From the NCBI GenBank assembly GCA_964559865.1, contig CAZLJD010000030.1:125196-189195 (forward strand): a stretch of DNA of 64,000 bases, in the 5' to 3' direction. The position numbers and the translations under genes are program-made. The notes below the pieces were generated by a model that saw only the letters and a program-made list of their open reading frames with translations, was not told the DNA's origin and did not search any database. Within the stretch, counting starts at the first letter, position 1. Every line of letters begins with the position of its first letter. The stretch is from an uncultured Synergistota bacterium (GTDB lineage Bacteria > Synergistota > JAGHAJ01). This document shows positions 47,010 through 55,877 of the stretch, piece by piece.

Positions 47010-47987
47010 GTGATCATTGCCCCTATGAGTGGTGTTACAAATATCGTTTTTAGGAAGCTTATGCTGAGGTACGGCGCTGACCTTGTCTTCACTGAGATGG
47101 TAAATGACCGTGGTGTAGTTAATGGCACTAAGAGGTCGATGGAGATACTGCATATTGGGCGTGATGAAGGACCTGTGGGGGTTCAACTTTTTGGGAGAGA
47201 ACCGGATGTTATGGTAGAGGCGTCGGAGATAGCTGTCAGCAGGGGTGCTGTGGTTGTAGATGTCAACATTGGTTGCCCAGTCCCGAAGGTGGTGAAGAGG
47301 GGCAAGGGTGCTTACCTTTTGAGGGAGCCTGAAAGGGTTTCTGATATACTCAGGGCGATGAAGGAAAGGATTTCTGTGCCTGTTACTGCTAAGATTCGGA
47401 AGGGTTGGTATTCTGATGGTAGAGATGGGATCAGAGTGGTGTCGGTTCTTCTGGATGCAGGGGTAGATGCCATTACAGTGCACGCAAGGACTGTTAAGGG
47501 TGGGTATGCGGAGGAAGTAGATCTGGAGTTTATAAGGCGTGTGAGGGAGATGGCAGATGTGCCCGTTGTGGGTAATGGGGGGATACTGACGGTTGACGAC
47601 GCTGTGAGGATGGTGGAGTTTACCGGTTGTGACGCTGTGATGCTTGCAAGAGGTGTACTGGGGAATCCCTGGCTCGTTGAGGATGTGAGGAGGGCGCTAA
47701 GTGGGAGGGCGCCAAGAGAGATTTCGAAAGAGGAGTACTTTTCAGTCTTAAGAGATTTTCTGCGTGATTATGTGGAGTTTAAGGGGCAACAGAAGGCATT
47801 TAGAGAGACGAAAAAGTTTATATCTTGGTTTATAAAGGATCTGCCGGGTGCTTCCAGGGTGAGGGACGGTGTAAATAGGGCTGGTAGCTGGGATGAAGTA
47901 TGGTATATAATTGATAGGTATGAAAAGAGTATTGATTATAGGTTTTTTAGGGGGAGGAGAAAAGAATGGAAGAAAACGAACTCATAA
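47010..47987 (+). CDS. tRNA-dihydrouridine synthase
   Basis: IIAPMSGVTN, FMN-binding TIM-barrel blocks (VDVNIGCP, TVHART, VVGNGGI); GTG start. Confidence 0.85.
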   Translation: MIIAPMSGVTNIVFRKLMLRYGADLVFTEMVNDRGVVNGTKRSMEILHIGRDEGPVGVQLFGREPDVMVEASEIAVSRGAVVVDVNIGCPVPKVVKRGKGAYLLREPERVSDILRAMKERISVPVTAKIRKGWYSDGRDGIRVVSVLLDAGVDAITVHARTVKGGYAEEVDLEFIRRVREMADVPVVGNGGILTVDDAVRMVEFTGCDAVMLARGVLGNPWLVEDVRRALSGRAPREISKEEYFSVLRDFLRDYVEFKGQQKAFRETKKFISWFIKDLPGASRVRDGVNRAGSWDEVWYIIDRYEKSIDYRFFRGRRKEWKKTNS

Positions 47988-49450
47988 GAGTCCGTAAGGA
48001 AAAGCTGTTTAAGATGAGGGAATCGGGCTTTGATCCGTTTGCCATTGATCACTTCTATAAGGATAAGCTCACTGCCGATATTTGGAAGGAGTACGAATAC
48101 CTGAAACCTGACGAGGTGGCTGATAAGGAGGTAAGGATAGCAGGCAGACTCGTCTCTTTCAGGAGGCATGGCAGGGCAGCTTTTGGACATGTGATGGATG
48201 ATGCAGGCAAGGTTCAGGTGTACTTTCAGGAGAATAAACTCGGAAAAGAGAGATATGAGTTTTTGAAGAAGATGGTGGACATAGGTGACATACTGGGTAT
48301 ATGGGGCAATGTGTTTAGGACGAAAACTGGAGAGATTACTGTTTGGGCAGAGGGTTTTCAGCTTTTAACCAAGGCGATAAGGCCACTGCCAGAGAAGTGG
48401 CATGGTTTGAAAGACATAGAGATCAGGTACAGACAGAGATATGTAGACCTTGTGGTGAATCCACAGACAAAAGATGTCTTTTTAAAAAGGAGTAAGATCA
48501 TAACTCTTCTGAGGGAATACATGAACAGTCATGGTTTTATAGAGGTAGAGACACCTATACTGCATCCTATACCTGGTGGAGCCAATGCAAGGCCCTTTGT
48601 TACCCACTTAAATGCGCTTGACCACGATTTTTATCTCAGGATAGCGCCGGAATTGTATCTTAAGAGACTACTTGTTGGGAGCTTTGAGAAGGTGTACGAG
48701 ATAGGTAAAGACTTCAGAAATGAAGGTATGGACATAAAGCACAATCCCGAATTCACGGCAATGGAATTCTACTGGGCTTATGTTAACTACGAAGATGTCA
48801 TGAAGTTTACAGAAGACCTCCTGTGCTATGTAGTGAAGGGGGTTACAGGTTCGCTGGAGATAGAGTATCAGGGTAGTAAAATAGATTTTACGCCTCCGTG
48901 GAGACGGTTGCCCATGATAGATGCGGTTAAGGAGTACGCAGGGGTTGACTTTAGGGAGATACATAACTTGGAAGAAGCACTCGAGCGTGCGAAGAGCTCA
49001 GGTATAGAGATAGAGGCAGGAGAGGTTGAGAATGTAGATGAAGTGATGGTGAAGTTCTTTGAGGAGAAGGTGGAAGATAAACTAATTCAGCCCACATTCG
49101 TTATAGGCTATCCCGTGGCAGTTTCTCCACTTGCAAAGAGGAATCCTGATAATCCAGAGATAACCAACCGCTTTGAGCTTTATATAAATGGCGATGAGAT
49201 AGTTAATGCGTTCTCTGAGTTAAACGACCCTTTAGATCAGAGGGAGCGCTTTGAGAAGCAAGCAGCAAAAAGGGCGAAAGGTGATGAGGAGGCTCATGCG
49301 ATGGACGAGGACTTTGTGAGAGCCCTTGAATACGGGATGCCCCCAGCGGGTGGCTGGGGACTTGGCGTCGATAGATTAGTCATGCTGCTTACCAACTCTC
49401 GTTCCATAAGAGATGTTATACTCTTTCCTTTGCTAAAGCCAGAGAAGTGA
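47966..49450 (+). CDS. lysS: lysine--tRNA ligase (class II)
   Basis: OB-fold N-domain, class II motifs (FRNEGMDIKHNPEFT, ELYINGDEIVNAFSELND, GMPPAGGWGLGVDR). Confidence 0.95.
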   Translation: MEENELIRVRKEKLFKMRESGFDPFAIDHFYKDKLTADIWKEYEYLKPDEVADKEVRIAGRLVSFRRHGRAAFGHVMDDAGKVQVYFQENKLGKERYEFLKKMVDIGDILGIWGNVFRTKTGEITVWAEGFQLLTKAIRPLPEKWHGLKDIEIRYRQRYVDLVVNPQTKDVFLKRSKIITLLREYMNSHGFIEVETPILHPIPGGANARPFVTHLNALDHDFYLRIAPELYLKRLLVGSFEKVYEIGKDFRNEGMDIKHNPEFTAMEFYWAYVNYEDVMKFTEDLLCYVVKGVTGSLEIEYQGSKIDFTPPWRRLPMIDAVKEYAGVDFREIHNLEEALERAKSSGIEIEAGEVENVDEVMVKFFEEKVEDKLIQPTFVIGYPVAVSPLAKRNPDNPEITNRFELYINGDEIVNAFSELNDPLDQRERFEKQAAKRAKGDEEAHAMDEDFVRALEYGMPPAGGWGLGVDRLVMLLTNSRSIRDVILFPLLKPEK

Positions 49451-50113
49451 CTATTGCATCTTTACTGGTATTTTCAGTACCTGTGGCTTTTCGGTAATAG
49501 CTGTCTTTGCGTCTGAACCATAACCGAGTAAAGTAGTGGTCTCTCCTCCAGAGGAGCGCGCCTTTACTATGCCGAAGGGAACCTTGTTGCTCTCCCATAT
49601 CTCGGTGTAACCTTCTCCAATAATCTTGATGTGCTTTGCACGAAATGTCCCTGCAGGTACCGTTATGGTTTGGGTACCGAGATCTTCTATCTTTGCTTTT
49701 TTACCTTTTGTAGGGCTTACTGGTGTTATCATGCTTCCTGCCATTGCAGCCATTTCTGGAGGTAATTCCATTGCTGGTTTTCCATCCTGTTTGAATATGA
49801 TTCTCTTTACCTCGATTATGTGCTTGGTTAAAGAATATCTCATGAGTACTTTGCTTATCATCTTTTTGTTCTTTATGGTGGTGCGCATTTCCATCCAGAG
49901 ATACCTCTTGCCATTTATTGTTTGTTCTCCCACAGCACCTATCCACATTACCATCTTGTGGTTGTTTGTTGTCTGCATGTACTTTACCCATGAGCCTACC
50001 TTTATGTTGTCCGTGTCCATCATCGTTGGCAGCATGGACATACCGTACGCAGATATACTGAATGTTACTACGGCTATCGCTGTTAATATTACTAACATGT
50101 TCAACCTTCTCAT
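49451..50113 (-). CDS. hypothetical secreted protein
   Basis: ATG preceded by AAAAGGAGG; N-terminal signal peptide MRRLNMLVILTAIAVVTFSISAYG; no recognisable motifs. Confidence 0.5.
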   Translation of the reverse strand: MRRLNMLVILTAIAVVTFSISAYGMSMLPTMMDTDNIKVGSWVKYMQTTNNHKMVMWIGAVGEQTINGKRYLWMEMRTTIKNKKMISKVLMRYSLTKHIIEVKRIIFKQDGKPAMELPPEMAAMAGSMITPVSPTKGKKAKIEDLGTQTITVPAGTFRAKHIKIIGEGYTEIWESNKVPFGIVKARSSGGETTTLLGYGSDAKTAITEKPQVLKIPVKMQ

Positions 50114-50223
50114 TTTGCATACCTCCTTTTGATTTTTGATTGCTTACAATAATTATACAGTATGAGGGTTGGTAGTCAAGTGCCAGTGGTGGTGTATAAT
50201 ATACACCTGAAGGGGTGAGTGGA

Positions 50224-51339
50224 ATGAAGTTGCGTCTGTTTTACATTACTGCTGGTATGGGACACAAAGTTGCTGCTGAAGTTATAGCAGATGTGGTACG
50301 ACAGACTGGGATGGAGTGCGAGAGTATCGACTTACTTGGATTTGCCAATCCACTGGTGAGGTGGATGTATAGCAGATTCTATGAAATTATGGAGAGTCAT
50401 TCCCATGTTGCCTGTCGTTTGTTTTACAGGTTGGCCAGTTTGATTGGGAGTAACAGGAAGGTATTTTCTCCCATGATTAGAGGTATAGTATATACTATGA
50501 GGAGACCTATGAAGGTTATAAGGGACTGCGATCCGGATCTTGCAGTGTGCACACACTTCCTACCGATCCTTATGCTCTCCTTTATGAAGAAAAAAGGTAG
50601 GTTTCATGGTAAGGTGGTAGCTGTTATCACCGATTACACGCTTCACAGCTTGTGGGTAGATGAGGTGGTGGATCTCTACATTGCACCTAACAGAACTGTA
50701 GCGGATGCACTTGTGGAGAGTGGCATAAGTGACAGTCGGGTAGTTGCCTCTGGCATACCTGTGGCACCGCAGTTCTCTGAGGTTGTCGGCAAAGATAAGC
50801 GTTTGCTCAGAAAAGAACTCTCTATTCCGCAGGATGATTTTGTCGTTCTCTTCGTGGCAAGCGGACTGCCGACCAGAAGATCTCTGAAAATAGTGTCTAC
50901 GATAATGCAGATAGATTTTCCGATGACCTTTGTTGTCGTTGCAGGCAGAGGTAACTCCATGGACAGGCACCTTGAGAAAGTGAAGGCCTCTAACTGCGTT
51001 AACTTGGTGAAACACGGTTTTGTGAGTGATATACACCGGTTACTGAGAGCTGCAGATCTGATCGTAACGAAGCCCGGTGGACTCACCGTTTCAGAGAGCC
51101 TGGCAGTTGGGTTACCCCTTGTGATGATTTATCCCGTTCCTGAACAGGAGGAAGAGAACATGAGATATGTTGTGTCTGAAGGGGCAGGTGTTTATGTAGA
51201 GGACTTGAATGAGATTCCTGTTATCATTCGGAGATTTCGTGAAGACCCTGAACTCTATGAGAGTTATGCGACTAATGCAACTCGTATAGGCAAACCCTTT
51301 GCCGTGTTTGAGATAGTGAATAATCTGCTTGAGATGTGA
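50224..51339 (+). CDS. GT28-family diacylglycerol glycosyltransferase (MGDG-synthase-like)
   Basis: ITAGMGHKVAA N-terminal motif and C-terminal GT-B fold blocks (IVTKPGGLTVSESLAVGLPLV); ATG 50224 preceded by AGGGGTGAGTGGA. Confidence 0.7.
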   Translation: MKLRLFYITAGMGHKVAAEVIADVVRQTGMECESIDLLGFANPLVRWMYSRFYEIMESHSHVACRLFYRLASLIGSNRKVFSPMIRGIVYTMRRPMKVIRDCDPDLAVCTHFLPILMLSFMKKKGRFHGKVVAVITDYTLHSLWVDEVVDLYIAPNRTVADALVESGISDSRVVASGIPVAPQFSEVVGKDKRLLRKELSIPQDDFVVLFVASGLPTRRSLKIVSTIMQIDFPMTFVVVAGRGNSMDRHLEKVKASNCVNLVKHGFVSDIHRLLRAADLIVTKPGGLTVSESLAVGLPLVMIYPVPEQEEENMRYVVSEGAGVYVEDLNEIPVIIRRFREDPELYESYATNATRIGKPFAVFEIVNNLLEM

Positions 51340-51545
51340 ATAAGATCCACACTTGGTAGATAGAGTAGATATTTGCCAAGTGCTTTTACTTCTTTATTGT
51401 CTGAAGAGTCACTTTGAAAGCCTTATGTATCTTAAGCACATTGCCTTTGTTTTGTGGTATTTCCAGGGGTGTATTTGCCCCTTTGTTCTATCATAGGACT
51501 GGTAAATATCTTCGTGCTTGTCTATCCATGTGAGCTAAATCTACC

Positions 51546-51575
51546 TTGACAATCTGTTTGTATGGGTGATATACT
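51546..51575 (+). promoter_or_regulatory. promoter for tRNA-Glu/tRNA-Thr (TTGACA, 18-nt spacer, TATACT)
   Basis: TTGACA 51546-51551 and TATACT 51570-51575; tRNA starts 15 nt downstream; AT-rich upstream region. Confidence 0.5.
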
Positions 51576-51589
51576 TAACCTGCTATGGT

Positions 51590-51665
51590 GCTCTCATCGT
51601 CTAGCGGCCAAGGACACTGCCCTTTCAAGGCAGCGGCGGGGGTTCGAATCCCCCTGGGAGCGCCA
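51590..51665 (+). tRNA. tRNA-Glu (anticodon TTC)
   Basis: 76-nt cloverleaf folded by hand: acceptor GCTCTCA/TGGGAGC, anticodon stem CTGCC/GGCAG with loop CTTTCAA, T-arm GGGGG-TTCGAAT-CCCCC, encoded CCA. Confidence 0.9.
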
Positions 51666-51669
51666 AGGG

Positions 51670-51745
51670 GCCGGTGTAGCTCAACTGGTAGAGCAGCGGA
51701 ATCGTAATCCGCGGGTTGTCCGTTCGAGTCGGATCACCGGCTCCA
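51670..51745 (+). tRNA. tRNA-Thr (anticodon CGT)
   Basis: 76-nt cloverleaf: acceptor GCCGGTG/CACCGGC, D-arm GCTC-AACTGGTA-GAGC, anticodon stem GCGGA/TCCGC with loop ATCGTAA, T-loop TTCGAGT, encoded CCA. Confidence 0.9.
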
Positions 51746-51747
51746 TT

Positions 51748-52746
51748 TCAGCATATCCTTGGGAGCTGTTCTCCTACGAGTGAGTCTACGATCCGCTTTC
51801 CCCCTATGTTTGTCTTCATTGCGACAATACCGGGGTGCTTGGCTGTAACCTCTCCTATGATTGCTGCGTCTCTGCCAAGGGGGTGTCTTTTCATTGTGTT
51901 AAGTATTTCTTCTGCTGCCTCTGGGGCTGCAAAAAGAAGGAACTTCCCCTCGTTTGCGAGGTACAGCGGATCAAAACCAAGGATCTCGCAGTATGCCTTT
52001 ACATCGGGTTTGATTGGTATCTTTGACTCCTCTATCTCTATGCCTAAGGTGTTATTAGCCAGAAATTCATTCAACACTGTCCCCAACCCACCTCGGGTTA
52101 CATCTCTCATAGCGTGTATGTCCTTCGTTTTTGGGAGGAGCTCCCTTACCAATGGGTATACAGATGTACAATCACTTCTGAGCCCTTTGGGCAATTCTAG
52201 TCCGTTTCTAAGTGCCATAAGAGTTATAGAGTGTTCGCCCAGGCTACCACTGAGTATTATTTTATCCTTCTCTGATATCCTGTGTGGACCTATATCTATC
52301 CCATCTGGAATAACACCTATGCCGGCTGTATTAATAAAGATCTTGTCTACCTTTCCCCTTTCCACAACCTTTGTATCGCCTGTGACTATCTCTACCTCGT
52401 TCTCTTTTGCTGTAGCTGATATGGACTTTATTATTTCCTCAAGCGTATCTTCTGAAAGTCCCTCTTCTATTATAAGTGAGAGACTCAAGTACATAGGGGT
52501 TGCACCAACCATGGCAAGGTCGTTTATCGTGCCTGTTACGGAGAGTTTGCCTATGTCTCCCCCGGGAAAGAACAGGGGTGAGACGGTGTGTGAGTCGGTG
52601 GTAAATGCGATCCTTGTTGCAGATATATTGAGTACGGCAGAATCCGTAAGTTGTGAGAGTATAGGATTTCCTATTTTCGGCATCAGTCTGTTTTGAATGA
52701 GCTCCCTACTCAGCTTTCCACCGCTCCCGTGATCTAATGTTATCAT
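51748..52746 (-). CDS. hypE: hydrogenase maturation carbamoyl dehydratase HypE
   Basis: MITLDHGSGG N-terminus, AIR-synthase-like fold blocks, C-terminal PRIC motif. Confidence 0.9.
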   Translation of the reverse strand: MITLDHGSGGKLSRELIQNRLMPKIGNPILSQLTDSAVLNISATRIAFTTDSHTVSPLFFPGGDIGKLSVTGTINDLAMVGATPMYLSLSLIIEEGLSEDTLEEIIKSISATAKENEVEIVTGDTKVVERGKVDKIFINTAGIGVIPDGIDIGPHRISEKDKIILSGSLGEHSITLMALRNGLELPKGLRSDCTSVYPLVRELLPKTKDIHAMRDVTRGGLGTVLNEFLANNTLGIEIEESKIPIKPDVKAYCEILGFDPLYLANEGKFLLFAAPEAAEEILNTMKRHPLGRDAAIIGEVTAKHPGIVAMKTNIGGKRIVDSLVGEQLPRIC

Positions 52747-53834
52747 ATCACCTTACCTCCATACTTGTAGTAGGCAGCACAACTCCCTTCGGTTGATACC
52801 ATGCAGGGACCTACAGGCTCTAAAGGTGTGCACGCCTTTCCAAAAAGAGGGCACTGATAGGGTTCAATTATCCCTTTGAGGACATCTCCACACCGACATC
52901 CGGGTGGATCTTTACTCTCAAGTTTAGGTATCTGGAATCGCTTTTCTGCGTCTATGTGAGTAAAGTCCCCTTTTAGCTGCATGCCTGACATCGGTATCGT
53001 GCCGATGCCTCTCCACTGTACATCTGTTGTTTGAAATACTTCCTTTAATACTGCTTGTGCTTCTTTGTTTCCCTCCTTCTTTACCACATATCTGTAAGCG
53101 TTTTCCACTGCAGGAGTTCCTTCTGCAATCTGGGATACCATTCGATATATGGCGTACAGGATCTCTGAGGCTTTAAATCCCCCTATAACGGCAGGTTTGT
53201 GGTATCTCTCTGGTATGAAGTGGTAAGGTTTTTCGCCTATTACTACACTCACATGTCCGGGGCACAAGAATCCGTCTATGGCAATATCTTTATCTTCCAA
53301 CAGCATTTGCATTACGGGAGGTATTACCTTGTGCATAACCACTATGGATAGGTTTTTTATCCCTTTTTGAACGACCTCTTTTGCCAGCACAGCAGTTGCA
53401 GGTGCTGTAGTCTCGAAACCCACACCCAGAAAGACCACTTCTTTGTCAGGATTGTGCTTAGCGATCTCTATGGAATCTGTTGCTGCATACACTATCTTTA
53501 CCGTTGCACCTCTGGCTATAGCCTTTCTCAAAGAGTTGCCGTTGCTACCGGGGACCCTTATCATGTCTCCGTAAGTTGCTATAATGACGCCCTTTTGCTG
53601 GCTCAACCATATAGCTTTATCTATCTCCGATGTCGGTGTTACACACACTGGACATCCAGGTCCGCTGATGAAATTTACTTCCGGGGCGATGGCTTCCCTT
53701 ATGCCATATCTGAACATGTTTACTGTGTGAGTCCCGCAAACTTCCATAAATCGTAGATTTCGGGGTGCTTTTTGCTTTATCTTTTTGATGAGTGTTTCGG
53801 TCCACTCGGGATTGTCCCAGTCAGGAAGACTCAA
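52743..53834 (-). CDS. hypD: hydrogenase maturation factor HypD
   Basis: MEVCGTHT, GPGCPVCVTP, GFETTAP, CPGHVS motifs and C-terminal Cys cluster. Confidence 0.9.
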   Translation of the reverse strand: MSLPDWDNPEWTETLIKKIKQKAPRNLRFMEVCGTHTVNMFRYGIREAIAPEVNFISGPGCPVCVTPTSEIDKAIWLSQQKGVIIATYGDMIRVPGSNGNSLRKAIARGATVKIVYAATDSIEIAKHNPDKEVVFLGVGFETTAPATAVLAKEVVQKGIKNLSIVVMHKVIPPVMQMLLEDKDIAIDGFLCPGHVSVVIGEKPYHFIPERYHKPAVIGGFKASEILYAIYRMVSQIAEGTPAVENAYRYVVKKEGNKEAQAVLKEVFQTTDVQWRGIGTIPMSGMQLKGDFTHIDAEKRFQIPKLESKDPPGCRCGDVLKGIIEPYQCPLFGKACTPLEPVGPCMVSTEGSCAAYYKYGGKVI

Positions 53835-54046
53835 TACCGTTCCATCTCCTCAAATAGGGAAAGCATCTCGTTGACCTCTTTTTCACTGATTCTCTCAATT
53901 GCAAAGCCGGAGTGCACCATTACATACTCTCCAACCTTCACGCCGGGTAGCATGTCTATCCTTATTCTCTGCCTTACGCCGCTTAGCTCACCTATTGCGT
54001 AAGGTGGCGATATTTCCACAACCTTTAAGGGAATACCTAAACACAT
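53831..54046 (-). CDS. hypC: hydrogenase maturation factor HypC
   Basis: MCLGIPLKVVEI N-terminus (HypC MC(L/A)xIP motif); track ORF extends 30 codons further upstream. Confidence 0.85.
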   Translation of the reverse strand: MCLGIPLKVVEISPPYAIGELSGVRQRIRIDMLPGVKVGEYVMVHSGFAIERISEKEVNEMLSLFEEMERY

Positions 54047-54093
54047 AAGTTCATCACCCTTTTTATATTTTACTACCACAGTCAAGCAATTTG

Positions 54094-54102
54094 TGATATA
54101 AT
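54094..54102 (+). promoter_or_regulatory. extended -10 promoter element (TGaTATAAT) upstream of ccdA
   Basis: Read directly, ~35 nt upstream of the ccdA start in the divergent hypC/ccdA intergenic region. Confidence 0.4.
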
Positions 54103-54135
54103 CACATGCATAGTTTTGGGGTAGGGAGGTAAGCA

Positions 54136-54828
54136 ATGTTCCCCAATGTAGGTTTTGTATCTGTTGACATTTGGACGGCCCTTGTTGCTGGGGTAGCTAC
54201 TTTCTTTACGCCCTGCATATTGCCGGTTATACCGGGTTTTATAGCGTACTTCATAGCCGATAAGGAGAATAACCTGTTTAGGACTACACTTAACGCTGTT
54301 GGTTTTGTCGTTGGGCTTTCTTTCGTGTTTATTAACATGGGGGTGCTCTCGGCGTATCTGGGTGGGTTTATAGAGGGTAACAAGGGGTTGGTAAATGTCG
54401 TCTCGGGTTTGATCGTGATTGCGTTTGGAATACACATAGCTGGTATAGTGAAGATACCTTTTGTTGGGAAGATGGGTTTTAACATCAATGTAAGTAGTGG
54501 AAAGAGGGGATTCATAAGAGCTCTTGTCTTGGGGTTGGCGTTTTCTGTTGTGTGGAGTCCGTGTCTTTCTCCCACTTTAGGTGCTATACTGATCATTGCA
54601 TCTAAGTCTGCGGAGATTTGGAAGGGGGCAGAGTTGCTTTTGTTTTACTCTGTGGGTATGGGAATTATGTTTGTTGCAACGGCGATGGCTACCAGAAGAC
54701 TCTTGTGGGTGATCTCCAAGATGCAAAGGTATCAGAGGGGCATAGAGATAGCAACTGGTGTTTTGTTAGTGGTAATGGGTGTTATTATAGCGTGTGGCAA
54801 GTTTGACTGGATAGCTACTCTGATTTAG
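54136..54828 (+). CDS. ccdA: CcdA/DsbD-family membrane thiol-disulfide electron transporter
   Basis: Two conserved Cys in TM helices (FFTPCILPV and WSPCLSPTLGAIL). Confidence 0.8.
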   Translation: MFPNVGFVSVDIWTALVAGVATFFTPCILPVIPGFIAYFIADKENNLFRTTLNAVGFVVGLSFVFINMGVLSAYLGGFIEGNKGLVNVVSGLIVIAFGIHIAGIVKIPFVGKMGFNINVSSGKRGFIRALVLGLAFSVVWSPCLSPTLGAILIIASKSAEIWKGAELLLFYSVGMGIMFVATAMATRRLLWVISKMQRYQRGIEIATGVLLVVMGVIIACGKFDWIATLI

Positions 54829-54838
54829 GGGTGGTAGT

Positions 54839-55147
54839 ATGGGTAAGTTGGAGGATGTGAAAGAGCGGATAGAGAAGGGCGAAGTTCTCCTTATAGAGTT
54901 TTCGAGCGATGGTTGTGCACCCTGCGAGGCGATGAAACCCGTTGTAGAAAAGGTGCTATCGGAGGAGCGGTTTAGAGGTGTAAGGTTTGAGGAGGTGAAT
55001 CTCAGTATGTATCCGGAATTCTCCGTTGAGTTTGGGGTGTTTGGCGTACCTACCGTCGTTGTGTTTAAGGACGGTAGAGAGTACAAGCGGAATGTGGGAT
55101 ATATGAGCGAGAAGAAGTTGAGGAAGCTTTTAGGGGGTGTGGTATGA
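54839..55147 (+). CDS. thioredoxin-family protein (CAPC active site)
   Basis: 102 aa; FSSDGCAPCEAMKP, thioredoxin-fold length. Confidence 0.8.
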   Translation: MGKLEDVKERIEKGEVLLIEFSSDGCAPCEAMKPVVEKVLSEERFRGVRFEEVNLSMYPEFSVEFGVFGVPTVVVFKDGREYKRNVGYMSEKKLRKLLGGVV

Positions 55148-55872
55148 GGAGATTTTTGTATTTTCTGTGCATACTCTTTTTGTTGGTAGGTTTTGAGGTA
55201 GGATATGCCAAGGTGCCCGAACCGTTGAAGTCTTTTGATGTAGCAGCCCAGCTTTCCAAAATAGAGGGTAAGGACCTCATCGTGATGTTTTCCAGCAATA
55301 GTTGTTACTATTGTAGAAAATTTATCAGCGTTACGTACACGGACCCTGCCGTTCAGAGATTGCTGAGCAACAATTACATCTTCTCTGAGTTACTGCTTGA
55401 GGACAAGAAACACAAGATGCACTTTATGGGTAAAGAGCTCACCTACCTCGATTTTGCGCGTGCATTTGAAATAAGGGGTACACCCACTTTTGTCTTTTTT
55501 GATGCAGCTATTAAACCGATAACTGGTTACCCGGGTTATGCCCCTCCGCAGGTGTTTGTGAAGGTACTCCGATATATATCTCAGCGGCTGTTCAAGAAGG
55601 TGAAGTTCGATGTATACTACAAACGGCAGGACAGCTTCTGGGGTAAGCAGAGCGTAAGAGAGATTACGAAACAGCAAGCCTCGTTTGTCCTGAGGAACGA
55701 TCCTTATGCCGTGCTACTTAAACCAGAAGACAATATAGAAGGTCTTGACAGAAGCAGGAGGTATGTGGTTTGCAGTGGTCAGTTCAGTGGTGATATCGTG
55801 AGTAAGATGAAGGAGATGGGTTTCTTTACCATTTTGGAGGTTAAGGGGTGTAAGTCTGGACTTGGGGATTAG
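55144..55872 (+). CDS. secreted thioredoxin-fold protein (CYYC motif)
   Basis: Signal peptide, then VMFSSNSCYYCRKF in a thioredoxin-like context and a ~120-aa C-terminal extension. Confidence 0.55.
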   Translation: MRRFLYFLCILFLLVGFEVGYAKVPEPLKSFDVAAQLSKIEGKDLIVMFSSNSCYYCRKFISVTYTDPAVQRLLSNNYIFSELLLEDKKHKMHFMGKELTYLDFARAFEIRGTPTFVFFDAAIKPITGYPGYAPPQVFVKVLRYISQRLFKKVKFDVYYKRQDSFWGKQSVREITKQQASFVLRNDPYAVLLKPEDNIEGLDRSRRYVVCSGQFSGDIVSKMKEMGFFTILEVKGCKSGLGD

Positions 55873-55877
55873 CTTGT

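Noticed and set aside
51716-52696. 326-aa plus-strand ORF
   Set aside because: Antisense to hypE, which has clear family motifs; the plus-strand translation is Ser/Pro-rich and featureless.
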